Below are positions 24,865 through 36,418 of a stretch of DNA of 64,000 bases, one piece after another. The notes beneath the pieces are model-generated. The model had not been told where the DNA came from. It did not search any database and saw only the letters and a list, made by a program, of their open reading frames with translations. Both the position numbers and the translations under genes were made by a program. The stretch covers positions 1 to 64,000 of IMG/VR virus record IMGVR_UViG_3300005826_000294; one strand, 5' to 3'. How positions within the stretch are numbered: the stretch's first letter is position 1; each line of letters starts with the position of its first letter.

Positions 24865-25901
24865 ATTTTTCTCCTACATAATTTTATCCATTCATCTTCC
24901 CATATATCAATTATATTATAATTTTCTTTTAAATTATTCTTTTTTTCAAGAGTATTTCTATATAATTCTCCAAAAGTAGTTTTTGTTATTGGGTTTATTT
25001 CATCCAAATTATATATTCTAGGGTTCCCGTGCCAAAAGTCTCCGTTAAACTCATAAACAGTGTTTGTTTTATTATCATAAGCATCAACTAAATATTGTTT
25101 ATCATTATATTTTACTAAAACTTCTCTATATTTTTTAGGTATATTCAAATAATCTAACCATTGCTGAGATATTTTAGAAACATTTGAACAACATTTGGGG
25201 CATCCACATCCTTTTAAATGATGATTAGGAGCCTGTAAAAATTCTCCATGTTTTTCACAAATAATAATAATTTTTGTATGAGAGTTTTTATAATTAACTT
25301 TTGAATAATCATATTTATGGATTTTTTTAGCTTCTTTGATAAATGATTTAGAAGTTTTCTTTTTATTATTTGAGCATTTAGAACAACCAAAACCTTTTAA
25401 ATGACTTAATGGAAGTTGGGAAAATTTACCATGTATGGGACAGATAATAGTTATTTTTGTTTTATTGTTTTTATATTCTATTTTTGAATAATCATATTTA
25501 TTCTTATGTATTATATTTGATTTAGATATAAAAACATTATCTATTACACATTTATTACATCCATATCCATTTAAATGATGTTTTGGTGTTTGTAAAAACT
25601 CTCCATGCTTTTCACAAATTATAATAACTTTTGTATAAGAATTTTTATAATTAACTTTTGAGTAATTATATTTATGTATTTTTTTAGCTTTAATAATAAA
25701 ATCTTTTGCTCTGAGTTTATCAATACCACATTTATTACATCCATGCCCATTTAAATGATGATATGGTAATTGTTCAAAATCTCCATGAATTGGGCAACCT
25801 ATTATTATTTTTGTATGAGAATTTTTATAATTAACTTTTGAGTAATCATATTTATTATGTATTTGACTTGCTTTAATAATAAAATCTTTAGTTGATCTCA
25901 T
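24861..25901 (-). CDS. Putative homing endonuclease (repeated KYDYSKV.Y...C..HG.F zinc modules plus PD-(D/E)XK-like C-terminus)
   Basis: About four repeats; YEFNGDFWHGNP. Confidence 0.8.
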   Translation of the reverse strand: MRSTKDFIIKASQIHNKYDYSKVNYKNSHTKIIIGCPIHGDFEQLPYHHLNGHGCNKCGIDKLRAKDFIIKAKKIHKYNYSKVNYKNSYTKVIIICEKHGEFLQTPKHHLNGYGCNKCVIDNVFISKSNIIHKNKYDYSKIEYKNNKTKITIICPIHGKFSQLPLSHLKGFGCSKCSNNKKKTSKSFIKEAKKIHKYDYSKVNYKNSHTKIIIICEKHGEFLQAPNHHLKGCGCPKCCSNVSKISQQWLDYLNIPKKYREVLVKYNDKQYLVDAYDNKTNTVYEFNGDFWHGNPRIYNLDEINPITKTTFGELYRNTLEKKNNLKENYNIIDIWEDEWIKLCRRKI

Positions 25902-26565
25902 CCATTAACCCATTGACCCAAATCTTTTTAGAAATAATATTAACTACTTCTTCATGAATTTGTTCAATTGTTTTTGGAGGAGAAGCATTTATAACAACAA
26001 ATCTATGCTGTTCTGCTATACTTTCCGCCAATTTTAGAAATCCATATCTCACATCTTCATGGAATTTAAACCCAGCATTTTCTATTCTGTCCCCTTCTTT
26101 ATAGATACTTTTTGCTTTTGCTCTATTAAGGCCAGTATTCACAGGAACATCAAGAATAAACGTAATATCAGGCATTACACCGTCAGTTGAGAATTCTAAA
26201 AGTAAATCTATTTTATCTCTACTAAATCCACGAATATTTTGATATACCAAAGTAGAATCCGAAAATCTATCACATATAATATGTTTATTCTCTTCAAGAG
26301 AAGGCTTTATTAAATTATTTACATGTTGGGCTCTATCGGCAAGAAATAGTAATAATTCTGATTTAGAACATATATTATTTTTTGGATTTAACAATAACTC
26401 CCTAATTTTTTTACATTCTTCAATATGTGGAGTTCCAGGTTCTTTTGTTAAGATATGTGGAATTCCTCTTTCTTTCATCCATTTAGATAAAAGTTCTGCC
26501 TGAGTAGTTTTTCCTCCTCCCTCTCCTCCCTCAAAAGAAATAAATAATCCTTTACTCATTATCAC
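25888..26565 (-). CDS. tmk: Thymidylate kinase
   Basis: FEGGEGGGKTT, LFLADRAQH, CDRFSDST. Confidence 0.95.
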   Translation of the reverse strand: MIMSKGLFISFEGGEGGGKTTQAELLSKWMKERGIPHILTKEPGTPHIEECKKIRELLLNPKNNICSKSELLLFLADRAQHVNNLIKPSLEENKHIICDRFSDSTLVYQNIRGFSRDKIDLLLEFSTDGVMPDITFILDVPVNTGLNRAKAKSIYKEGDRIENAGFKFHEDVRYGFLKLAESIAEQHRFVVINASPPKTIEQIHEEVVNIISKKIWVNGLMDEIN

Positions 26566-27292
26566 TCCTTGTTAAAATCAATGGCTCATCTTCAGTAATC
26601 AAAATTGTATGCTCAAAATGAGCTGTAATATTTTCAGCTATAATATCCCATTTATTATCTGCTATTCTTAAATTCGAGCTTCCATTAATGAGCATGGGTT
26701 CTATGGCGAAAATCATATCAGGTCTTAATTTTAGATCATAATAATAATCAGGAATATTTGGAACAAAAGGTTCAGAATGAAGATTATATCTATCTATTCC
26801 ATGTCCACCATATTCTTCTGGAATAGAATATGACTTTTTACATTTATAAACTTCCTTACTAATTATACTTAATTTATTTCCAGATCTAGCTTTTTTAATT
26901 GCTGAGTATAAAGAGTTTCTACAAGCATCTATTATGTCATTATGAATATTACTAACAGATTTAGTATAAGCAGTATCACCTATAAATCCATCCAGAGTGA
27001 CCCCCAAATCAATTGAAATAATATCTTTTGGTTTTAATGGAATATCTGTTGGAATACCATGAACTAATGTATTATTTACTGAAGCACATATTGCGGCTGG
27101 AAACCCCCTATAATTTAAAAATGTAGGAACAACATTATTTTTCTTACACTCCTCTCTAGCAATTTCATCAAGTTCTTTTGTAGTTATTCCAACATCAACA
27201 TTATCAAGAAGTTTTTTTAAAATTAAACCGGCTATTTTGCCGGCTTCTTTAAATCCTTCAATTTCTTCCTTAGTTTTTAAATATACTATCAT
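26552..27292 (-). CDS. map: Type I methionine aminopeptidase
   Basis: HGIP, DLG...GDTA, GHGI...H, AIEP, HFEHT. Confidence 0.93.
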   Translation of the reverse strand: MIVYLKTKEEIEGFKEAGKIAGLILKKLLDNVDVGITTKELDEIAREECKKNNVVPTFLNYRGFPAAICASVNNTLVHGIPTDIPLKPKDIISIDLGVTLDGFIGDTAYTKSVSNIHNDIIDACRNSLYSAIKKARSGNKLSIISKEVYKCKKSYSIPEEYGGHGIDRYNLHSEPFVPNIPDYYYDLKLRPDMIFAIEPMLINGSSNLRIADNKWDIIAENITAHFEHTILITEDEPLILTRSDNE

Positions 27293-27298
27293 TCTTCC

Positions 27299-27535
27299 TC
27301 ATTTTTGTGTATAAATTTCCCTTAATTCAAAATTATTATCTTCAAACATTTGGGAATTATCTTCCATTAATCTATTTATTAATTCTTCATCAATTTCTTT
27401 TAAACGAATGCGAACTTTTGATATTTGTTCTCTTGTTGGTTTAGCAAATAAAAAACTATCTGTTGAATTCATTACAGCAACTAACCATATTCTTGATTGT
27501 AAAAGTTCTAACAATGAAAAATTCTTCACTTCCAT
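27299..27535 (-). CDS. Hypothetical protein
   Basis: GGAGG RBS before ATG 27535. Confidence 0.55.
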   Translation of the reverse strand: MEVKNFSLLELLQSRIWLVAVMNSTDSFLFAKPTREQISKVRIRLKEIDEELINRLMEDNSQMFEDNNFELREIYTQK

Positions 27536-27623
27536 CTTACCTCCCTTTAAGTACATCAACACGCAAATTGTCGACAAGAATGTTATAACTACCGAAAATC
27601 ATTATTAAATTAAACTAAAATCA

Positions 27624-28541
27624 CTATTCATTTTTAATATCTCTTATTTCATTTGAAGGAATAAATCCAGACTCTTCAGTCATAAAAATAATTGCTCTAT
27701 TTCCTCCTATAGATATTTGTGTTAAACCACCATTTCCATATCCATCCGAGGTAGCTACAAATATAATACCATTTTCTTCATCTGTAGATATATCTGATAT
27801 ATTTTTAACCGACCCTCCTATACACTCATTAGGTGCTCCCCCTCCAATAATACTACAAAATGTTGAAGTTCCAGAACTATCTAATCCAGCACTATATCCA
27901 TCGGAAACTTCTTGATCAAATGCGTCAATAATAGTCATACCTATAGATTGACCTACATATATTCTTGTACCACCAGTTAAAGCTTCAGATTCTCCGCTTA
28001 CTACATGAATTGTTTTAATAATTCCCGTATCATATCCATCAGCAAATAATGGTGGAGTTGAATATCCATCATAAATGTAATCTGGAGATCTTAAATATCC
28101 ATCCCTAAAATCAGCTCCATAATATGCTTCTATTCTATTAAAAGTTCTATTAATAAGATATAAAATACCATTATCCGTTATACTTGCTTTTTCACATAAA
28201 TAACCATCAGCATATGTATTAATATCTATTTCATCTTTTATTACTTCAACACCAAATCCACCAGCTAAACCTCCCCAATACCAAAGACCCCATGGTAAAA
28301 CTCCCCAAGGAATTTCTTCCCAAGTATCATAACCACGAAGAGCATTTAATCCCATAGATGCTATTAAAAAATCATATCCATCTATATGCTTTGACATTAA
28401 ATGAGTAACACGGTTATCAGGAATTGAAGGAACACTTCCAGTATGAAAAAGTCTTTGAGAGACGGTTTGACTTTCTCCAACAGCATCTTCAATATTTATT
28501 TTAAAAATACCATAAGCATCAGAATAGTAAAGTGTATTCAT
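27624..28541 (-). CDS. Putative virion/tail-associated protein
   Basis: Acidic, Gly-rich with DGY motifs; co-transcribed with tail-like genes. Confidence 0.5.
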   Translation of the reverse strand: MNTLYYSDAYGIFKINIEDAVGESQTVSQRLFHTGSVPSIPDNRVTHLMSKHIDGYDFLIASMGLNALRGYDTWEEIPWGVLPWGLWYWGGLAGGFGVEVIKDEIDINTYADGYLCEKASITDNGILYLINRTFNRIEAYYGADFRDGYLRSPDYIYDGYSTPPLFADGYDTGIIKTIHVVSGESEALTGGTRIYVGQSIGMTIIDAFDQEVSDGYSAGLDSSGTSTFCSIIGGGAPNECIGGSVKNISDISTDEENGIIFVATSDGYGNGGLTQISIGGNRAIIFMTEESGFIPSNEIRDIKNE

Positions 28542-31500
28542 TAAACACCTCCAAATGGAAATCCGCCAAATGGAGATCCTCCAAAACCATCAATAGAAAC
28601 AATTATATTAAAATTAAAACTCGTATCGAGTTCATTTTCCATTAGATCTTGAGCAACCACCCTAACTGTTACTATAGATGCCAAATCAAACAAGGAATCC
28701 TGCCATATTTCAATAGAAAGTTGGTGATGCTCAACATCAATTGATCCTGACCAATAATTCTGCCAACCACCATATCCTCCACTAAAAACTAAATTTCCTT
28801 CTACATATATTCTTAAACTTGTAATTTCTACAGCAGTTTCTAAATCCCTAACCTTAAAAGAAATATGTGTATTTGCTGTAGCAAAATAAGATGGAACTGG
28901 AAAAACATCTACCAATATTGGAGGGGTTGTATCCGTTATTTCTATATCTGTTGGATAATTGTAAACAGTCATAGCATCTATTCCATATTCATCAAAAATT
29001 TGTCCCCATCTATAGAAAATTGTAGAAGTATGTTTTCTAAATATATCTATACCTTTTGTTCCCCCAAGATATATTCTTTGTGAATCACTATCTATTATAT
29101 AACTATCATGCCAAGTTCTAACCATAGCATTATAATTTGTAAAAGTAGCATCTGATTTAAATGGAGCAATATTATAAGCATCCATACTAGTATTAAAACT
29201 AAATCCGTCAATATTTTTAACTTTTTGATTTATAGATAGTAGAGCAAAATCATCTCTTCCATAAAAAAGTTCCACCCATAACCTAATACTTGTATTACTT
29301 AAAACATCTACTTTTCTAGCATACATTCCATTATTAAAAACATAATTTGCTGGATTTCTTAATTCATTATTATCCAGCATATCTACATTAAAATCAACAT
29401 CAAGTGTAATTTCATATAATGAGGATTTGATACTCAAAACTTCTGGAATAATTGTTATGTTAAAAGAAAAACTTTCATCAAAATCATTACCATAAGCATC
29501 TCTACCGGTTATTCTTAATGTATGAGAACTTCCAGAAATATATTCATTTGTATTATCAATTACTAGATTATATCCATCAAATCCACCATACGTTGTTGAA
29601 CTAATTATAGAAGATAATCCATCATACGGAGAAATAAAAATATCTGGACCAGAGAAAATTAAAACTCCATCCATATAAGCATCTAAAGATGATTGTAAAA
29701 CTCCAGAAGCATCATCAAGAATATCTGTAGAAACTAAAGTATTTATTGATGCTCCTGATGTTGGACTATTATTTTCTAACCAAGGAGCTACGTAATCTAA
29801 TACTTGAAATTGCCATGTATAATCTATATAATTGTTATGTAAATCATAAGCAATTATCCTAATATTATAAATGCCATATGAATCTAAATCTGTAGAACTA
29901 TCAAGAGAAAGAAAATATCCATCATAACCATCTACTACAACATCTGTAATAGTAGAACTAATATCAAATGGAGAATAAAAAGTGTTTGGACCTGAAAAAA
30001 CTAGTGTTCCATTAACATAGGCATCTATTTTATTTATATCTACACCACTATAATCATCTAGAATATTTGCTGATATTATAGTGTCTTTCGAAGCATATTG
30101 TCCAATAGGAAATTCATCTTGTATCCAAGGAGCATTATAATCAATAACTCTAAACTGCCAATTATCATCTAATAAATTTTCGTCAAGATCACTGGCTACT
30201 ATTCTTACTGTATAAAGTTCTCCTGAATCAAAATTAGAAACATTATCTAATAAAAGATAATATCCATCATATCCATCTATGAAAGTAGGAGTGATTGTTG
30301 AAAATGTTCCATCATATGGAGATATAAAGGTGTTCGGGCCTTCAAATGCTTTTATTCCATTTACATAAGCATCAATAGAATTTATATCTACTCCGCTATA
30401 ATCATCTAAAATATCTACAGATATAATAGATCCTGGAGCAACTCCTGAACCAGTGGGAGATTGGTTTTTTAGCCAAGGTGGAGTTCCATCACCACTAATC
30501 TTAAAACTCCAATCTGTATCAACAAAATTACCATAATTGTCATATGCTACTATTCTTACAAGAACATCATCTCCAATTCCAAAATCTGATGTTTTTTCTA
30601 TAGTTAAATGATAACCGTCATATCCATCAACAATTGTTCCTAATATTGTTGATGATGTTCCATCATATGGAGATATAAAGGTGTTCGGGCCTTCAAATGC
30701 TTTTATTCCATTTACATAAGCATCAATAGAATTTATATCTACTCCGCTATAATCATCTAAAATATCTACGTCTATTAAAGTATTTGAATTTACATTAATT
30801 CCTGTTGGAGATTCATTTTCAATCCATGGGATAACATAATCTGCTACTTCAAATGACCACTCTAAACTTGATAATGGTAAAGATGGTGAATATTCTATAT
30901 AACGTAGAATTAAACCTAAAGCAGATGAGGTTTCATCCCATATATCATTATTTGAGCCTGAATATGAATATGTATTATCCCAATCACTACCATCATATTT
31001 TCTATATCTTCCATTAGCAATAAGTGCTATAGCACTACTTGGAACATCATCTCTTTGAGTAATATCAGAAGTAGAAGTTCCATATTGAACTCCTTGGTCT
31101 ACTGACCATGTGCTTCCATTATAATATAAATAATAATCACTTTCTGAACTGGGTCCAGTTACTTGGAAAAGAGCCCAACCTTCTGACCCATCTTTTGCCA
31201 TCCAAAGACCAACAATTCCATTTGATCTAATGTCTGTATCTTCATATTCTACTGAAAGTGAAGAACCATTCCATTTCCAAATCCTACCAACTAAATCTGA
31301 TCCCCCAACAAAATATCCACCAGTAATCCAAACTTCATTTTCACTAATAACTCTAACCTGTTGCCATCTCCAAGAATTACCGTCTGTAATAGAGGCAACT
31401 GAACTCCATGTTCCATTAGAATTCCTTTTTAATAATTCAACATCATCATTCCCAGAGCCAAGATATGAACGTATAGCAAAAACTGCAGAACCATCTGGTG

Positions 31501-31918
31501 TTCCATGAATATCATTAAAATATCCATTACCCGCACCGTCATCAAATTCTGTAACCCACGACGTTCCAGGAAGTCCAGGTCTTGTTCGTATCACATTATT
31601 GTATGAACTACTCCATCCAGCAGCACATACAATTGAATCATCATCTGAACACCAAATAGTTTGACTCTCTGGTCTTGATTGTGTAGCATACCACCATGGT
31701 CCGTTCGCATCTTCTAAATGCCAAGTTCCATCATAATAGTATGTTCCATCATCTGCTACTCCAACATAAATCTTCCAAACACTTGTTGGCCCCCATAGAC
31801 CATTTAACCAATTAGAGAGACTAGAAACATCTACTTCTGACCAAGTGGTTCCTTGATCAAAACTATACCAGAGTTCTTTGTTTGCTCCAAGAGCCCAGAG
31901 GGTATTGTCATTAACCAT
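28541..31918 (-). CDS. Large tail/fibre-like protein: beta-propeller-like N-terminus plus ~6 Ig-like DGYDGY repeats
   Basis: Repeats of PW..N..P...DILDD.SGV....DAY..G...DGYDGY; C-terminal GFGGSPFGGFPFGG. Confidence 0.6.
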   Translation of the reverse strand: MVNDNTLWALGANKELWYSFDQGTTWSEVDVSSLSNWLNGLWGPTSVWKIYVGVADDGTYYYDGTWHLEDANGPWWYATQSRPESQTIWCSDDDSIVCAAGWSSSYNNVIRTRPGLPGTSWVTEFDDGAGNGYFNDIHGTPDGSAVFAIRSYLGSGNDDVELLKRNSNGTWSSVASITDGNSWRWQQVRVISENEVWITGGYFVGGSDLVGRIWKWNGSSLSVEYEDTDIRSNGIVGLWMAKDGSEGWALFQVTGPSSESDYYLYYNGSTWSVDQGVQYGTSTSDITQRDDVPSSAIALIANGRYRKYDGSDWDNTYSYSGSNNDIWDETSSALGLILRYIEYSPSLPLSSLEWSFEVADYVIPWIENESPTGINVNSNTLIDVDILDDYSGVDINSIDAYVNGIKAFEGPNTFISPYDGTSSTILGTIVDGYDGYHLTIEKTSDFGIGDDVLVRIVAYDNYGNFVDTDWSFKISGDGTPPWLKNQSPTGSGVAPGSIISVDILDDYSGVDINSIDAYVNGIKAFEGPNTFISPYDGTFSTITPTFIDGYDGYYLLLDNVSNFDSGELYTVRIVASDLDENLLDDNWQFRVIDYNAPWIQDEFPIGQYASKDTIISANILDDYSGVDINKIDAYVNGTLVFSGPNTFYSPFDISSTITDVVVDGYDGYFLSLDSSTDLDSYGIYNIRIIAYDLHNNYIDYTWQFQVLDYVAPWLENNSPTSGASINTLVSTDILDDASGVLQSSLDAYMDGVLIFSGPDIFISPYDGLSSIISSTTYGGFDGYNLVIDNTNEYISGSSHTLRITGRDAYGNDFDESFSFNITIIPEVLSIKSSLYEITLDVDFNVDMLDNNELRNPANYVFNNGMYARKVDVLSNTSIRLWVELFYGRDDFALLSINQKVKNIDGFSFNTSMDAYNIAPFKSDATFTNYNAMVRTWHDSYIIDSDSQRIYLGGTKGIDIFRKHTSTIFYRWGQIFDEYGIDAMTVYNYPTDIEITDTTPPILVDVFPVPSYFATANTHISFKVRDLETAVEITSLRIYVEGNLVFSGGYGGWQNYWSGSIDVEHHQLSIEIWQDSLFDLASIVTVRVVAQDLMENELDTSFNFNIIVSIDGFGGSPFGGFPFGGV
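30305..30769. repeat. Exact 114-bp intragenic direct repeat
   Basis: 30305-30418 equals 30656-30769 (offset 351 bp). Confidence 0.9.
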
Positions 31919-31946
31919 TGATTATATACCTCAATATAAACATTTT

Positions 31947-33692
31947 TTAATTACCCTCTCTATCAAGAGCAGTTATTCTTACAGAAATATTCTCTCCTGA
32001 CTTAAATGTTCCAACTTTATCTATTATTAATTTATATCCATCATATCCATCAACTACTATTGGTATAAGATCAGAGTGGGGACCATCATATTCTGAAATA
32101 AATGCTCCATTATAAATATGCTGACCACCAATATATGCGTCTATAGAATTAACATCAACTCCTGAACCTTTATCATATACTTCAGCCCATATTAATGTAT
32201 TTGGACCAGGATAGGATTTTTCAGCCGATGGGTAATAATCCCCGAAAACTGGACCTTCAATATCTTTAATTCTAAATTGCCATGTATCTGACCCAATACT
32301 TAACTCATCTTCAGCATATGCATCAATGATGATTGTTTGATATGAATTCCAAGGAATATTTATATAATCTAAAATCACTTTATAACCATCATATCCTTCA
32401 ATTGTAGTAATGTGTCCAAAATATGAATCAATTCCATTGAAAGGAGCAATAAAAGTTTCATCAAAGACAGCTAAAACTCCATCTACATATACATCTATTG
32501 ATGACCCTTCTACATATGAATCATAAGATATAACATCAAATTCAATTGTGTCTTGATTTACAGGAATTTGGATTTCATAAGGATAAGGATCTTTATTAAT
32601 AAAATCTATTCCAGCTCCCATCCATCCATATAATGTGACTGATTGTAATCCACTTGTTGATGACCATGGTAAAGACATATCCTCAAATGAGTCAAAATTA
32701 TCATATGAAATAAAAACATGAGATAATATGCTACTATCTGTAACAATAATCGTATGTGGATTATCTTCTGTGATTCCAATTATATTTCTTCCAAGTGGAG
32801 TTCTTAAACCACTTACAAGTAATTCAGTTGTTGATTCATATGTTGGATGAGGTATTGTCCTCCATCCTTCAAAAGATAACCCTGCATCTAAAGCACCCAT
32901 ATAATGATTTGTTCCATCAGACCACATTCCCGGAGTTCCACCAAGTCTGGCTGAGGGGCCATCACCAATTCCACCATAATTTCTAATAAATAATTGATAA
33001 CCTACTCTCTGAGACACTTCATTCCAATAAATTCCATCATATTTTATAACTGATGCGAAAGTATACGTTAAAAAAGGTGTATATTTTAATGATATTGAGC
33101 AATACACTTCATTTGAGGACAATCCCCAAATAGCCCCTGTATAATAAGAATGTGTATTTATATCTCCAAAAGGAATATCCCACCAAGGAGTTCTCCAAGT
33201 AGTATTAAGATCAGAAAGAATTTGAGACCAAATATCATTCCAAGTAGCACCATAATCATCAGAATAATAAATCGCATTACCACCTGTGGATGCCCAAACA
33301 TATCGTCCAGTATTATTACACCAAATAGTATTTACAGAAAATCCTGTTGTTGAAACTGACCAAGAAACTCCATCCCATTTATGAATGTAATTACTACCAC
33401 CAGAATAAACTATATCACCATTATCTGAGCCATGAAAAGCACGTGGAGGATTTCCTGAGGGAATTGTGGGAGATGTATATTCAGACCAGACTGATCCATT
33501 AAAAAATAAATATTTTGGAATTCCTATAGTGGATTTTCCATTATGTGTCCATATTGTATTTTTTGGACCACCCCAAATACCAGTAGTAACCCCATCACTA
33601 GGTTGAACCGAAAACTCAGACCACTGAAGGGGGTTTCCAGAAAGTTCATAGATTTTTCCATCAGTAGGTCTTGTACCAATAATTATAGTCAT
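31947..33692 (-). CDS. Tail/fibre-like paralog with two DGYDGY repeats
   Basis: Trp/Gly-rich N-terminus; IEGYDGY and VVDGYDGY repeats. Confidence 0.55.
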   Translation of the reverse strand: MTIIIGTRPTDGKIYELSGNPLQWSEFSVQPSDGVTTGIWGGPKNTIWTHNGKSTIGIPKYLFFNGSVWSEYTSPTIPSGNPPRAFHGSDNGDIVYSGGSNYIHKWDGVSWSVSTTGFSVNTIWCNNTGRYVWASTGGNAIYYSDDYGATWNDIWSQILSDLNTTWRTPWWDIPFGDINTHSYYTGAIWGLSSNEVYCSISLKYTPFLTYTFASVIKYDGIYWNEVSQRVGYQLFIRNYGGIGDGPSARLGGTPGMWSDGTNHYMGALDAGLSFEGWRTIPHPTYESTTELLVSGLRTPLGRNIIGITEDNPHTIIVTDSSILSHVFISYDNFDSFEDMSLPWSSTSGLQSVTLYGWMGAGIDFINKDPYPYEIQIPVNQDTIEFDVISYDSYVEGSSIDVYVDGVLAVFDETFIAPFNGIDSYFGHITTIEGYDGYKVILDYINIPWNSYQTIIIDAYAEDELSIGSDTWQFRIKDIEGPVFGDYYPSAEKSYPGPNTLIWAEVYDKGSGVDVNSIDAYIGGQHIYNGAFISEYDGPHSDLIPIVVDGYDGYKLIIDKVGTFKSGENISVRITALDREGN

Positions 33693-33762
33693 ATATTCAC
33701 CAATTTACATTAGGCATTCGCATAAATATAAGATTATTGATATATTAGCAGGTTAAGGTGTT

Positions 33763-34512
33763 TTATCTATATTTCTTTAGATATTCTATAAATAATCCCT
33801 TATCATATGTATCCTTTTTAGATAAATTCTCTTTATCCAAAAGCCATTGATGATTTTCCGGGGCAAAAGCTGCAATAATATGATTTTCCTTTGTTAAATC
33901 AAAAGCTTTTAAGGGAAATATATGATCTATATGATAATCATTTCCTGGAGGAGGACCTAAATATTTAATAATTTTTCCATAATCTATTAAATATTTCAAC
34001 GATTTGCGAAAACATAATGATCTTATACTTTTAGAAACTCTTTTCCTTAATTTTGTTCTTATGTGAAAATTAACATCTTTCTCGCATCTTTCTTTAGTAC
34101 GGCAAGACATACATAGTTCTTTTGTTGCTAATTTTCTAATTTTTCCACAAGATAAACATTTCTTTTTATTAGGGTTATATAGTTTAGAATAACATTTTCC
34201 ACATATTGGACCATTTTTAGCATTTTTATGGATGCATCTTTTTTCTCCACACATCACACATATTTTTTTAATAGCATTATATTCTTTTATATAACATTTT
34301 CTACATAATAATGGTTCTCTTTTATAAACATTGGTTATATCACCACATTGAGAACATTTTTCAATAGGAGTTTTATATGTTTTTAAATAACAATTTTTAC
34401 ATATTGGTTTCCCATTTTCTTTATAATATGATTTATTTTTTCTACCACATTTAGAGCAAACTATTTGCGGAATATTTCTTTTACCGCAAATAGTTTTTTT
34501 TACATATTTCAT
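33763..34512 (-). CDS. HNH endonuclease with multiple CxxC zinc fingers
   Basis: YHIDHIFPL...PENHQWL...NLSK; paralog at 59020-59796. Confidence 0.8.
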   Translation of the reverse strand: MKYVKKTICGKRNIPQIVCSKCGRKNKSYYKENGKPICKNCYLKTYKTPIEKCSQCGDITNVYKREPLLCRKCYIKEYNAIKKICVMCGEKRCIHKNAKNGPICGKCYSKLYNPNKKKCLSCGKIRKLATKELCMSCRTKERCEKDVNFHIRTKLRKRVSKSIRSLCFRKSLKYLIDYGKIIKYLGPPPGNDYHIDHIFPLKAFDLTKENHIIAAFAPENHQWLLDKENLSKKDTYDKGLFIEYLKKYR

Positions 34513-35306
34513 AATATTTTAGAAGCTAATGTTGCTAATTCAGATCTTTCTCCCTTTTTTAGAGTAATATGTCCTGCTATTTTTTGATCTTTAAATTTCT
34601 CTACAACATGAGTTAAACCATTATCAGCAAAATCAAGATAAGGAACATCTATCTGATTTATATCGCCAGTTATTACTATCTTACTACCTTCTCCAATTCT
34701 TGTAATAATTGTTTTAATTTCATGAATAGAATTATTTTGAGCTTCATCAAGTATCATAAATGACTTTGGAACAGATCTTCCTCTAATATATGTTAATGGC
34801 TCTATTTGTAACAGCCCACTAAACTTATATTCTTCAATCATTTGTTTATCGCCACCTAATAAAAACTCCAAATTATCATAGAGAGGTTGCATCCAAGGTT
34901 GAAGTTTTTCATCGATAGTATTATGAGTGACTATAAAATCATCAGTTATATATAAATGTTCAGGGTTTTCTATTAGTATACACTGAACTTCTTTTTCCCC
35001 AACTAATTCAACTGATGATATTTTATCTACAGAATTTGTGTGTTTGAAATATTTAGATTTTCTACTTAAATAAAATGGATTTACTTCATTTCCAAATCTA
35101 ATCGAAACATCATACCCAATATGCTTAGATATTATCTTTGATCTATTAATTATGTTTATTCTTCCCAATCTATTTCTTTCTCTAATTCTTGCTCTCCCGC
35201 CCAATGATTTTACTAATTCAACAATATCTAAACTTAATTGTTTTGAGGTAGTTGAAAAGGTCGCTTCTCCAGTCTTTTTCTTTACACATCCATCAGTATC
35301 CATCAA
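34509..35306 (-). pseudogene. phoH: 3-prime remnant of an intein-containing PhoH gene (intein C-part 34920-35306; PhoH C-extein 34509-34919)
   Basis: LMDTDG LAGLIDADG block; HLYITDDFIVTHN/T; EKLQPWMQP, YIRGRS, ILDEAQN, GD..Q.D; no P-loop or intein N-terminus. Confidence 0.85.
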
Positions 35307-35314
35307 CCGTTCCC

Positions 35315-36418
35315 TCAAACTTGGACATTTTTACCAAGTTCTTTAGGTTTGTACGAGGCACCGTAGGGACCTCGAAGAAGCCGCTGAAGTATATTGATGG
35401 CAGCATTTATATCCGCATTTCCGCTGTGATCACATTTTAAACATCTAAATACTTCACCTTTGCGATTTCTCCTCTCTGTATGACCACAATTAGAACATTG
35501 CTGACTGGTATAATAAGACGGCACACTACGAAAGCAAACACGGTTTTCTTCCGTTGCCTGTTGAAGTCTAGTTAACCAATAGCGATAATTCCAACTACCG
35601 AGAGAACGACGCATATTTTTACTCAAGCGTCGTTTGAGTTTTGTTTTATAATTTAAATTGCTTAACTTCTCTACCACAATTAATTGCGGATTTTCATTTA
35701 TAATTTCTTTTACTGTTTCGTTGATATATTGCTTTAAAGCATTTCTTCTTTTCTTTTGATTCTTCGAGCCATATTTACATCGTTTAATTTTTTCAATATA
35801 TTTCTCAATATCTTTACCGAATTGTTTTCCATCAGAAGTAGATGCCAATGCTTTAATGCCTGTATCCACTCCAATAAGTTTTCCAGATGTTTTCTTGGAT
35901 TCGGTTTCTATTTTAAACACAAATTGAACATAGTCATTTGTAATAGTATAAGCATTTAACCTTCTACCTTTTTCATTCCACTTATTAAATTGCCTATGAT
36001 GTTTAATTGGAATGTCTAAAATAGTTTTGCCTCCAATTGAAGCAAGGTGTAACCAAGCATCAAATGTGCTATTTTTACTGGGTTGTAATTCGGCAATAGT
36101 AGAAGAAACACACATTCTCTTACCTTTATGTAGAGGCATTTTTATTTTGCTTGGCTTATTCTTCCATCGTTGCTTCACTGTTAAAATCATATCTATTGCT
36201 TCTCTAGCAGCAACTTTTCTCAATCTTGCGGATAACCAAGTTTCTGGTAGATTAACTATGTCTTTTAACAATTTGGATTTACTTGGAATTTTTTCCCAGA
36301 ACTTTTGGATAAAGAAATTACACACTCTGCCATATTCTTGAAGAGTATTTTCTAATTGCTGTTTCTTGTGTTTGGTAGCAAACTTGGTGCTACATTTAAC
36401 AGAGCGTTTGAATTTCAT
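35315..36418 (-). CDS. tnpB: TnpB RNA-guided endonuclease
   Basis: RuvC GVDTG / VVEKL / NADINAA intact; zinc finger CSNC...CLKC. Confidence 0.92.
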   Translation of the reverse strand: MKFKRSVKCSTKFATKHKKQQLENTLQEYGRVCNFFIQKFWEKIPSKSKLLKDIVNLPETWLSARLRKVAAREAIDMILTVKQRWKNKPSKIKMPLHKGKRMCVSSTIAELQPSKNSTFDAWLHLASIGGKTILDIPIKHHRQFNKWNEKGRRLNAYTITNDYVQFVFKIETESKKTSGKLIGVDTGIKALASTSDGKQFGKDIEKYIEKIKRCKYGSKNQKKRRNALKQYINETVKEIINENPQLIVVEKLSNLNYKTKLKRRLSKNMRRSLGSWNYRYWLTRLQQATEENRVCFRSVPSYYTSQQCSNCGHTERRNRKGEVFRCLKCDHSGNADINAAINILQRLLRGPYGASYKPKELGKNVQV

